Assembly: GCA_004552615.1 (NCBI GenBank)
Contig: SFNZ01000002.1
Location: 461 to 64,460, forward strand
Source of the DNA: Bacteroidales bacterium
Lineage (GTDB): Bacteria; Bacteroidota; Bacteroidia; Bacteroidales; UBA932
DNA: 64,000 nt
Direction: 5' to 3'
The notes under the pieces are model-generated. The model did no database searches, was not told where the DNA came from, and worked only from the letters and a program-made list of their open reading frames with translations. The position numbers were made by a program, and so were the translations under genes. Position 1 is the stretch's first letter. Every line of letters starts with the position of its first letter. Shown here piece after piece: positions 10,337-18,699 of the stretch.

Positions 10337-11719
10337 ATGAGCCTTTATACATATTTCAGGATAAGCAAGCCTTCCAGTTACAAAGTGCCTGATACTGAGG
10401 TGGATGCCGAGTACAGGAGACTGAGGTCGAGGACTTTTTGGGGAGCTGTTGCCGCCTACAGTCTGTATTATGTATGCAGGATGACCCTGAGCGTCGTCAA
10501 GCAGCCCCTGATAGACGGGGGAGTGTTGAGCGCAGGCGAACTCGGACTCATCGGCTCGGCAATGCTTCTGGTCTATGCTCTCGGCAAGTTCACCAACGGT
10601 TTCATAGCTGATTATTGCAATATCCGCCGGTTCATGGCCGCCGGGCTTTTCGTCTCGGCAGCTGTCAATCTGGTCATGGGCCTGCTGGGCCTTCTCGGAA
10701 CTGCCCTCGGGGTATCCGGAATCGTGGTCTTTGCAGTTTTCTTCATCCTATGGGGAGCCAACGGCTGGGTGCAGTCCATGGGAGCGCCTCCGGGCATCAT
10801 AAATCTGTCAAGGTGGTTCCCGCTTTCGAAAAGAGGGACCTATTACAGCATTTTCAGCGCCAGCCCTTATCTCGGCAAGTTCCTGACATTCATATTGACA
10901 GGAGTCGTAGTGGGAAGCCTCGGCTGGGAATGGGGATTCATATTCTCCGCCGCGGCAGGATTTGCAGGCACTGCGGTCGTCCTCCTTTTCGTTTCAGACA
11001 CTCCTGAGAGCAAGGGCCTGCCATCCGTGCAGCAGCTGAGCGGAGAGGCTCCGAGAAAGGCTGATTCAATGCCGACCAAGGAACTCCAGAAGATAGTCCT
11101 GCGTCATCCAGGAATATGGATAATCGCCCTGTCAAGTGCTTTCGTGTACATCACCCAATATGCCATAAGCGGGTGGGGAGTCCTTTTCCTGCAGAAGGCC
11201 AAGGACTTCACCCTTCCTGCCGCGACCCAGATTATTGCGTTCTCCGAGGTTTTCGGAGTGGCCGGGACAGTGCTTGCGGGCTGGCTTTCCGATACTGTGT
11301 TCGGAGGCGACCGTGTGAAACCTGTCCTGCTTTCGGGAATGGGTTGTCTCGCCGCACTAGTCCTGTTCCTGTTCACGCCGGGAGGATATGTCCTCAATAT
11401 AGTGTATGTCTCGTTTTTCAGCCTGTTCACAGGGGTTCTTTACTGCATTGTCGCCGGACTGATGGCGGTGGACATTGTTCCGAGGAAGGCTACAGGAGCT
11501 GCACTCGGCATTGTCGGGATATCGAGTTATGTGGCTGCGGCCGTACAGGATGCCGTCAGCGGATTCCTGATCCAGGGAAGTTCCGGTGCGACCCTGCCTG
11601 ATGTGCCGGCTTCCTATGATTTCACTCCAGCCGCCCTGTTCTGGACAGGAGCGTGCCTGCTCTCGTTCCTGTTACCGGTATTCAATTGGAAATCAATGAA
11701 GAAACAGATTGTGTCGTAG
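10337..11719 (+). CDS. MFS transporter, organophosphate:Pi antiporter (GlpT/UhpT-like) family
   Basis: YYVCR, YALGKFTNGFIAD, RWFP..KRGT, DTPESKGLP motifs; start moved to ATG 10337 downstream of TATTTTTG box at 10281. Confidence 0.9.
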   Translation: MSLYTYFRISKPSSYKVPDTEVDAEYRRLRSRTFWGAVAAYSLYYVCRMTLSVVKQPLIDGGVLSAGELGLIGSAMLLVYALGKFTNGFIADYCNIRRFMAAGLFVSAAVNLVMGLLGLLGTALGVSGIVVFAVFFILWGANGWVQSMGAPPGIINLSRWFPLSKRGTYYSIFSASPYLGKFLTFILTGVVVGSLGWEWGFIFSAAAGFAGTAVVLLFVSDTPESKGLPSVQQLSGEAPRKADSMPTKELQKIVLRHPGIWIIALSSAFVYITQYAISGWGVLFLQKAKDFTLPAATQIIAFSEVFGVAGTVLAGWLSDTVFGGDRVKPVLLSGMGCLAALVLFLFTPGGYVLNIVYVSFFSLFTGVLYCIVAGLMAVDIVPRKATGAALGIVGISSYVAAAVQDAVSGFLIQGSSGATLPDVPASYDFTPAALFWTGACLLSFLLPVFNWKSMKKQIVS

Positions 11720-11721
11720 AT

Positions 11722-12636
11722 ATGTGGAGGAAACGTTTCTTGCTGGTAATATTGTCCCTGACGCTCGCTGCAGGATGCAATCCCGGAATCTTCGTTGATG
11801 CGCCGGAACTGCCTGATTACAAGGAAGTCACCATTGAAGGAGACGGCGGGTCCTGGGAGTGCCCGTTTTTACGGGAAGGCCTGAAACGGATATATATAAA
11901 CTATCCGGTCTCGGACCTGGAATATGTCACGTATTACGGATCCGGAGGAATTACAGGCCCCGATTGCCATCCTTCCGAACTCGAGAGCATCGTCTTTGAG
12001 AATCCTGCCGAATGTTATTCTATCGGTTTCAACGGGAATATGCTGTATGTGACCTGCGGTTACAGCAACAGGCAGGACAGCATCCTGCTCAATTTCGAAT
12101 ATGACTGGGGAGTGACCAAGACGGTTCATATCACGATTACGCAGGGCCGGCCGCTGACGGCTTTGTTTGCGCAGTACGAGACGGATCTGGTGCTTGAGGA
12201 GGATTTCGAGAGAGTCGTCCGTCAGTACGGATTCCTGAACAACGGCCCGATTCCGCAGAAGGTGGTGGTATATCCCTATTCGTCGGCTCAATGCAGCAGT
12301 ATTGTCGTCCCTGAGGCAGAATGGGCTGAAGGCATGAATCTTACGATGGAACGGCCGTTCTTTGACGGTCAGGACTGGCTTTATGAGCAGGCGGATGTCG
12401 TTACGGGGAAAATGGACAATTTCATCCCGTCGTGGATGATGGATTCCGGACAATTTACAGTCGAAGTGCCTGCCGGAGTAAAGGCCAAGGTGAGCATTAT
12501 GCTGCATTATACCCGCGCCGGGAGGAAGGGCGCGATGCATTTCAGAAATACAGCGGCCGGATTCGAGACTTCGGTGAATTTCACCTGCACGGTCATTTAT
12601 CCTGTCAGTTATGAATATGGGGTGGAGTATGAATAG
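11722..12636 (+). CDS. Lipoprotein of unknown function
   Basis: MWRKRFLLVILSLTLAAG-C lipobox; beta-rich body; closely packed between the MFS and deacylase genes. Confidence 0.8.
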   Translation: MWRKRFLLVILSLTLAAGCNPGIFVDAPELPDYKEVTIEGDGGSWECPFLREGLKRIYINYPVSDLEYVTYYGSGGITGPDCHPSELESIVFENPAECYSIGFNGNMLYVTCGYSNRQDSILLNFEYDWGVTKTVHITITQGRPLTALFAQYETDLVLEEDFERVVRQYGFLNNGPIPQKVVVYPYSSAQCSSIVVPEAEWAEGMNLTMERPFFDGQDWLYEQADVVTGKMDNFIPSWMMDSGQFTVEVPAGVKAKVSIMLHYTRAGRKGAMHFRNTAAGFETSVNFTCTVIYPVSYEYGVEYE

Positions 12637-13825
12637 GTGGATTTCTTCTGTGGCATTTCTTCTGGTCAGCGTTGCGGTTTCCTTTGCAGGCGAGCCCGTT
12701 CCGAAAGGATTCTCCCGCCCTTTGGAATGGCGAATCGGGGCCCAGGTGACTCCTGCATGGGTGCCGGCCACGAATGATTTCCTGAAAGGGGAGAATCAGG
12801 ATGGCAGGCGTGTAGGAACAGGGCTGTCAGGTGCTCTCCGGGCTGATTTCAGCTTCAGTCCGGGGACAAGGGAAGGGCTCTTGTACAAGGGCCTTTATCA
12901 AGGGGTAGGAATCAGTGCCAATTCATTATTCTCCAATGAGTTGCTCGGAACTCCCGTATCCCTGTACCTGTATCAGGGCGCTCCCATTGTGCATTTCAAT
13001 GAGGCCCTCCGCCTCGGCTACGAGTGGCAGTTCGGTGCGGCTTTCGGGTGGAAGCCTTATGGCGGAACTAACGAAGGGGAAGATGCTCCTGTAAGTACTT
13101 CTGTCACGGCCCACATAGGCCTCGGCCTCAAGCTGGATTATGCCCTTTCGGACAGATGGACGATGTCATTCGGGGTCAGGGCCAATCATTTCTCCAACGG
13201 CAATACATCCTGGCCCAATGCCGGGGTGAATTCCATCGGTGCGGAGATAGGCCTGTCATACGTTGTCAGTCCTGCAAGGGAAGTGTCCGTGGAACCAGTT
13301 GTGTGTCAGGAAATTGTGGAAGCTGCGGACAGAAGGGGATGGTTCTATGATATCATGGTCTTCGGGGCATGGCGCAAGCGGGCGGTATATCTCGGTGAAC
13401 CTGTGGAACCGAAGATTTGTCCCGGACGGTTCGGGGTTCTCGGACTGCAGTTTTCGCCGATGTACAGGATCAACCGTTTCGTTGCCGCAGGACCGGCTCT
13501 TGACATGCAGTGGGATGAGGGTGCGGGGCTTGCCCCGTATTGGGTGGAAGGTACAGACGGGGACAATATCAAATTCGCACGTCCTCCGTTCGGGAAGCAG
13601 CTGAGTGCGGGATTGTCCGCGCATGCGGAACTGACAATGCCGATATTTTCGGTCAATGCCGGCCTCGGATATGACATCGTGAACCCTAAAGGAAACAAGC
13701 GCTTCTACCAGTCCCTGACGCTTAAGACTTTCCTGACCAAGTATCTGTATATCAATGTGGGTTATCGTCTCGGAGAATTCCGGGATCCGCAGAATCTCAT
13801 GCTCGGCCTGGGCGTCAGGCTGTAA
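12629..13825 (+). CDS. Outer-membrane acyloxyacyl hydrolase (PagL-like lipid A deacylase family)
   Basis: Signal peptide; HFSNG..WPNAGVN motif; amphipathic beta strands ending LGLGVRL. Confidence 0.8.
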   Translation: MNRWISSVAFLLVSVAVSFAGEPVPKGFSRPLEWRIGAQVTPAWVPATNDFLKGENQDGRRVGTGLSGALRADFSFSPGTREGLLYKGLYQGVGISANSLFSNELLGTPVSLYLYQGAPIVHFNEALRLGYEWQFGAAFGWKPYGGTNEGEDAPVSTSVTAHIGLGLKLDYALSDRWTMSFGVRANHFSNGNTSWPNAGVNSIGAEIGLSYVVSPAREVSVEPVVCQEIVEAADRRGWFYDIMVFGAWRKRAVYLGEPVEPKICPGRFGVLGLQFSPMYRINRFVAAGPALDMQWDEGAGLAPYWVEGTDGDNIKFARPPFGKQLSAGLSAHAELTMPIFSVNAGLGYDIVNPKGNKRFYQSLTLKTFLTKYLYINVGYRLGEFRDPQNLMLGLGVRL

Positions 13826-13833
13826 TCAATTAG

Positions 13834-13919
13834 TGCTTCGGACGGGACTTGAACCCGTACAGGCATTGCTGCCCAAGGGATTTTAAGTCCCTCGTGTCTA
13901 CCAATTCCACCACCAAAGC
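13834..13919 (-). tRNA. tRNA-Leu (anticodon TAA), CCA not encoded
   Basis: Minus strand GCTTTGGTGGTGGAATTGGTAGACACGAGGGAC-TTAAAA-TCCCT...GGGTTCAAGTCCCGTCCGAAGCA; 7-bp acceptor stem, long variable arm; TAACTTTG promoter box at 13931-13938. Confidence 0.97.
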
Positions 13920-14014
13920 TTTCCGTTCGGCAAAGTTAATAATAAATTCTCAAATCTCCATACAATTACACTTCCCCATCCTTTTGCCACGCTACCCATT
14001 AACAAAGTCCGCTG

Positions 14015-14141
14015 TACAGTTGCCGGAAGGCACAGCAGGAGTGTGGCCGGCCGCGGCCTCATGAGCGGCTCCCGAAGGAACGAAGTTCCGAAGGGTGGAT
14101 GGAGCGAAGCGCAACTCTTGCTGTGCCTTCCGGCAACTATA
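14015..14141. mobile_element. MITE-like palindromic element with about 28-bp terminal inverted repeats
   Basis: TACAGTTGCCGGAAGGCACAGCAGGAGT (14015-14042) versus ACTCTTGCTGTGCCTTCCGGCAACTATA (14114-14141), 2 mismatches; TA at both ends. Confidence 0.65.
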
Positions 14142-14206
14142 TGCTACAATATTACTTTCCTTTTACTGATTATCCGCAACTTCTACAGCAATTAAGATCT
14201 TCTTGC

Positions 14207-14354
14207 AAAACACTTGACACGGTAGAGAATTCTAACTATTTGATTATCAACGATAAAGTATATTAAGAGTGGCAGGTGTCGTCAATTTGCCGGGACTTGC
14301 CACCGGAAATGCCACTACAAGCGCTAAAGGGCAATTTCAGGTGTCAGGTGTTTT
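14207..14354. repeat. Nested inverted repeats of a CAC(T/C)TG(A/C)CAC motif
   Basis: AAAACACTTGACAC (14207-14220) and GTGTCAGGTGTTTT (14341-14354), 13 of 14 complementary; inner GTGGCAGGT (14269) and ACTTGCCAC (14295). Confidence 0.65.
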
Positions 14355-14365
14355 TCATGAAGGCG

Positions 14366-14436
14366 ATTGTCATCTCGACCAAGCGAAGCGCCTGGAGAGA
14401 TTTCTCGGCACCGCCTATGCACTGCGAGATGACAAT
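14366..14436. repeat. REP-like palindromic element (GTCATYTCGA...GGAGARATYT family)
   Basis: Perfect 12-bp inverted repeat ATTGTCATCTCG / CGAGATGACAAT; related copy at 62683-62719. Confidence 0.75.
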
Positions 14437-14470
14437 ATGCTCTGACTATTATTGTATGAATTGCGCATAA

Positions 14471-14719
14471 TCAGTTTCCTTTTTGTAATATATTCACAAG
14501 GACAATATCCGTCCCGCTTGTATGCTGGACAACAGCATTTCTTTCGCTGTTCGAGGTGTTCTCATCAACCCTGACAACAATGCGCTCAATCCACCTTGCT
14601 CCTTCGGCATATATTATCTCGCATTTCATCCAGCCGGCATCGTACAATACTCCATAGTCAGTATTGGTCGGCATCACTTCTTTCCCGCCTTCAGTTACAT
14701 CAGGAATTCCGTCAATATT
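14471..14719 (-). pseudogene. BACON-domain-like fragment
   Basis: Open frame from 14719: EGGKEVMPTNTDYGV...W...VRVDENTSNSERNAVV...VNILQKG fits the BACON pattern; no signal peptide; overlaps the upstream gene's stop in another frame. Confidence 0.55.
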
Positions 14720-16181
14720 TCAATATGTCGGAGATTCCGCTCTGGGCATTGTGCCGGTTCAGGGCGGTCACGAAATACTTGCCTTTCGAGGAGAGGGGAT
14801 AGGAGAGGTCGGCCGTGACGTCCAGGAGGGTGGCTGTCTTGTTGTTGCCGTTGCTCAGATAGACAGCATAACAAGAAGCTTCCTCGACCTTGTCCCAATG
14901 CAGCTCGCCGCCCGATATCACCAGATTCTGCGGAACCGGAACCGGGGCATCGGCTGACGTGCCCCCGAGATGAGGCATCAGGGCTTTCCTGCTGAACGCC
15001 CTCTTGATATTGCTCTGCACCCCTTTAGGATTCTCCTTCAGGGTACTGCTGTTGTAGATGAGATGTCCTGAGACATTCTTCTGTGCGGCGAGACTGCATT
15101 GAGTCTCGAACTCCGTCGCAGAAGACCAGCCCTTGCCGGATTCATCCGACTTGAACCCGCTGAGCGTATGTCCTATCATCAGCGGAGTGCTGCTTACATT
15201 CTGCGACCACCAGTCAAGCCTCGGGGTATAATAGTCCGTGTTCGCCTGGGTGGACCAATACAGCTGAGGTATAACCGCGTCAATCAACTTGGCGGAGCAT
15301 ACTGCCGGGACGTCGATATACTGGCTGTTGTAATTGTTGTTGTAGTTTCCCTGCGGACCGAGGGTATAGGCAATCTCCGGGCTGACCGAAAGCAGGGTAT
15401 TCTTCACCAGCTTCACCATCTCGAAAATATTGCCCCTCCTGAAATCCTCAATGCTGCTGTATCCGCTGCCGTATTTGCTGTATTCAGCACTGTCGTCCAG
15501 CCCGTTCCCGATGGCGGAACCGGAAGGATAGAAATAATCGTCCATGTGGATGCCGTCAATGTCCGGATAACGCGTAACCAGCTCACGGACAATACCCGCT
15601 ATCCTCTCCCTGACCTCGGGCAGGGCGGGATTGTACACCCAGATACCGGAATATTTCTTCACCATTGATTCCGGAATCATCGGGCTCAGCCCCTCGCTGA
15701 AATAGGAAGTCGTCGCAATCCTGTACGGATTCATCCACGCATGGAACTCGATTCCTCGCTTGTGCGCCTCGTCAATCAGGAACCGCAGTACGTCATAACC
15801 CGGATCCTTGCCGGGAGTTCCGGTGATGTATCGGCTCCAAGGCTCGTAAGATGAACTGTAGAAAGCGTCCGCCATTCCCCTTACCTGGAAGAATACGGCA
15901 TTGATGCCCAAAGACTTGTAGAGGTCGAGATAATCCGTGTAGACCTTTTTCTGCCCGCCCTGTGAATAGTCCCCTGCAGGCCAGTCGATGCCCCATACCG
16001 TGGCCATCCACGCTCCGCGCATCTGTGCCGGCGGAAGGACTGGGTTCTCCTTCACGATTTCAGGCCTGTCATCATCACCTTTTTCAGGATTGTCCGGGGT
16101 TGTCTTTTCCTTGTCGCAGGCTGCGGCCAGCATTATCAGCGCTGCCGCTGCGAATTTTCTGATGGTTGATATTGTCTTCAT
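14712..16181 (-). CDS. Lipoprotein glycosyl hydrolase-like family 10 (GHL10, YddW/DigH-like) with C-terminal Fn3-like domain
   Basis: Lipobox LAAAC; RGAWMATVWGIDWP, FFQVR..ADAFY, HAWMNPYR, DGIHMDDYFYP, PQLYW motifs. Confidence 0.92.
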   Translation of the reverse strand: MKTISTIRKFAAAALIMLAAACDKEKTTPDNPEKGDDDRPEIVKENPVLPPAQMRGAWMATVWGIDWPAGDYSQGGQKKVYTDYLDLYKSLGINAVFFQVRGMADAFYSSSYEPWSRYITGTPGKDPGYDVLRFLIDEAHKRGIEFHAWMNPYRIATTSYFSEGLSPMIPESMVKKYSGIWVYNPALPEVRERIAGIVRELVTRYPDIDGIHMDDYFYPSGSAIGNGLDDSAEYSKYGSGYSSIEDFRRGNIFEMVKLVKNTLLSVSPEIAYTLGPQGNYNNNYNSQYIDVPAVCSAKLIDAVIPQLYWSTQANTDYYTPRLDWWSQNVSSTPLMIGHTLSGFKSDESGKGWSSATEFETQCSLAAQKNVSGHLIYNSSTLKENPKGVQSNIKRAFSRKALMPHLGGTSADAPVPVPQNLVISGGELHWDKVEEASCYAVYLSNGNNKTATLLDVTADLSYPLSSKGKYFVTALNRHNAQSGISDILKY

Positions 16182-16417
16182 AAGTGTCAGTTGAATTCAC
16201 CAAAGTTAGTCAACACTCTTCTCTTTTCCAATGCGGTTTCACCACACGACGGCCGTTTTTGCCAAAATTATGACAGATATTACCAAAAAGGCAGGGAAAT
16301 ATTTGGCAGTGGAGAGGATAAGACTTATTTTTGCCAAGTGATAAGGGAAGATTTCGCGACCTTTATACCAATTTTAGCGCCAACTGGAAAATAAAAACAC
16401 ATAAACTTAATTAGAAA

Positions 16418-17164
16418 ATGGGACTTTTAAATGGTAAAGTGGCTCTCATTACAGGAGCTGCAAGAGGAATCGGAAAAGCCATTGCCCTCAGATATGCAGC
16501 CGAGGGAGCTGACGTGGCTTTCACCGATCTCGTCATCAACGAAGCTGCTGAGCAGACAATCAAGGAACTCGAGGCTTTCGGCCACAAAGTGAAGGGATAC
16601 GCTTCAAACGCCGCTGATTTCGCCCAGACCCAGGAGGTCGTGGACCAGGTCATGGCAGATTTCGGTCACATTGACATTCTCGTGAACAACGCTGGCATCA
16701 CCAAGGACGGACTCATGCTCAGGATGAGCGAGGCCCAGTGGGATGCCGTCATCAACGTCAACCTCAAGTCAGCCTTCAACTTCATCCACGCAGTAGTGCC
16801 TGTGATGGCAAGGCAGAGAGCCGGCAGCATCATCAACATGTCTTCAGTGGTAGGTGTTTCCGGAAATGCGGGCCAGTGCAACTACTCGGCTTCCAAGGCC
16901 GGCCTCATCGGCCTGGCAAAGTCAATCGCCAAGGAAATGGGTCCTCGCGGAATCCGTGCCAACTGCATTGCTCCGGGATTCATCATTTCCGACATGACCA
17001 AGGCTCTTCCTGACGAGGTCCGCGAGCAGTGGATGAAGACCATCCCTCTCCGTCGCGGCGGTACACCTGAGGATGTGGCCAATGTCGCCCTCTTCCTCGG
17101 AAGCGAGCTTTCATCCTATGTCAGCGGACAGGTAATCCACGTCTGCGGCGCGATGAACTGCTAG
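16418..17164 (+). CDS. fabG: 3-oxoacyl-[ACP] reductase
   Basis: TGAARGIG, NNAGITKD, GNAGQCNYSASKAG motifs. Confidence 0.96.
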   Translation: MGLLNGKVALITGAARGIGKAIALRYAAEGADVAFTDLVINEAAEQTIKELEAFGHKVKGYASNAADFAQTQEVVDQVMADFGHIDILVNNAGITKDGLMLRMSEAQWDAVINVNLKSAFNFIHAVVPVMARQRAGSIINMSSVVGVSGNAGQCNYSASKAGLIGLAKSIAKEMGPRGIRANCIAPGFIISDMTKALPDEVREQWMKTIPLRRGGTPEDVANVALFLGSELSSYVSGQVIHVCGAMNC

Positions 17165-17172
17165 TCAATCCG

Positions 17173-18696
17173 TTAGAAATACTTCTTCTCCTGGTGGTCG
17201 AGGCTGATGAAAATCGCCAGCATTATGGTGAATGCCCACAGCGACGAACCTCCGTAGCTCATGAAAGGGAGAGGAATTCCGATTACCGGCATGATCCCTA
17301 TGGTCATGCCGATATTTATGAACAGATGCATGAACAGGCAGCTTGCGAGGCAATAGCCGTAGATTCTGGTGAATGTCTCCCTGCTGTGTTCGGCATCTTT
17401 CATTATCTGCCATATCAGCATCACATACAGGGCGATGACGGTTGCACATCCGAGAAATCCCCATTCCTCCCCGACGGTGCAGAAAATGAAATCCGTGCTC
17501 TGCTCCGGGACGAATCCGTAGGTGGTCTGGGTGCCGTTGAGGTATCCCTTCCCGGTGAGACCCCCTGAGCCGATGGCTATCATCGACTGGTTCACGTTGT
17601 AGCCCACTCCGGACGGGTCCTCCTTCATCCCGAGAAGCACCTCGATCCTCTTTCTCTGATGGTCCTGCAGCACATTGTAGAAGATGAAATCCACGGAGAA
17701 GACCATAGCTATGCCCACGATGAAGGACAATACCGATATCTGGGCGAATCTGTCCCTGTATTTCGTTGCAAACCAGAGCACTACCGGGATAGCTGCCCCG
17801 GCGGCGCCCAGCAATATATAGAGCGGTTTCACCTTCATCAGGAAACTCCATCCGGAATTCTCTGCCGCGGCGACGATTTCCGGCTCGGCCTCTCCAGACG
17901 CCACGATTTCAGCCCCCGGGACGAGGGTGTTCCGGAGATATTCCCAAATGGCTGGAAGAAAAGCGAAAAATGCAATCCCGACTCCTATCCCGAGAATCCA
18001 TTTCCATGCGTTCTTGTGGTTCATCGCATTGCAGAGCAGGATAATTCCGAGAAGCACCATTATCGCAGTGTAAGGGGAGGATGTCATCGTCAGGATGAAT
18101 ACCAATATTGCAATGCCTATCATGGTGATAAGCCATCCGGAAAGCCCCTCGCGGTACAGGACGAAGATGAATCCGACATACACTAATGCCGAACCGGTCT
18201 CGCTCTCGGCCAGGATTATGAGCATTGGAAGGGCGATCACGAGCGCCACGGACAGGAAATTCCCCGGTTTCGTAATCTTGAATCCCGGCCTGCTCATCAC
18301 GAATGCTATCAGCAGGGACGTCGTTATCTTGGAAATCTCGGCAGGCTGGAACCTCACGGGCCCGAAGGCGAACCAGGATCTGGATCCCTTGACCTCCACC
18401 CCGAGGAAAATGACGGCTACCAACAGGAACAGCACCACCGTGTACAGGAGCCCTGCCCCGCTGTCCCACAGGTTCGGGCTGATGAGGAAAATGATGATGC
18501 CGCCCAGCCCGAATGCCGTGAGCATCCAGATGAACTGCCTCCCGCTGTTGGCCGAGAAGTCGAATATGCTGTTCACGTCGGCACCGTGGACGGATGCATA
18601 GATGTTCACCCATCCGGTGAATACCAGAAGCAGGTAAATGATGACCAGCTTCCAGTCGTATGCCTGACCGATTGTTCTTCCGCTGTACCCGTCCAT
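17173..18696 (-). CDS. rodA: Rod shape-determining SEDS glycosyltransferase
   Basis: FQPAEISK, IAIGSGG, VPEQSTDFIF, PFMSYGGSS motifs; last gene of the mre operon. Confidence 0.96.
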   Translation of the reverse strand: MDGYSGRTIGQAYDWKLVIIYLLLVFTGWVNIYASVHGADVNSIFDFSANSGRQFIWMLTAFGLGGIIIFLISPNLWDSGAGLLYTVVLFLLVAVIFLGVEVKGSRSWFAFGPVRFQPAEISKITTSLLIAFVMSRPGFKITKPGNFLSVALVIALPMLIILAESETGSALVYVGFIFVLYREGLSGWLITMIGIAILVFILTMTSSPYTAIMVLLGIILLCNAMNHKNAWKWILGIGVGIAFFAFLPAIWEYLRNTLVPGAEIVASGEAEPEIVAAAENSGWSFLMKVKPLYILLGAAGAAIPVVLWFATKYRDRFAQISVLSFIVGIAMVFSVDFIFYNVLQDHQRKRIEVLLGMKEDPSGVGYNVNQSMIAIGSGGLTGKGYLNGTQTTYGFVPEQSTDFIFCTVGEEWGFLGCATVIALYVMLIWQIMKDAEHSRETFTRIYGYCLASCLFMHLFINIGMTIGIMPVIGIPLPFMSYGGSSLWAFTIMLAIFISLDHQEKKYF

Positions 18697-18699
18697 ATA

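Noticed and set aside
13826..13919. Integrative element at tRNA-Leu
   Set aside because: No integrase and no duplicated tRNA 3' end seen; the repeat cluster lies on the 5' side of the tRNA
16255..16340. Repeated TTTTGCCAA-like words upstream of fabG
   Set aside because: Short, irregularly spaced and in AT-rich DNA; cannot be separated from chance without comparative data
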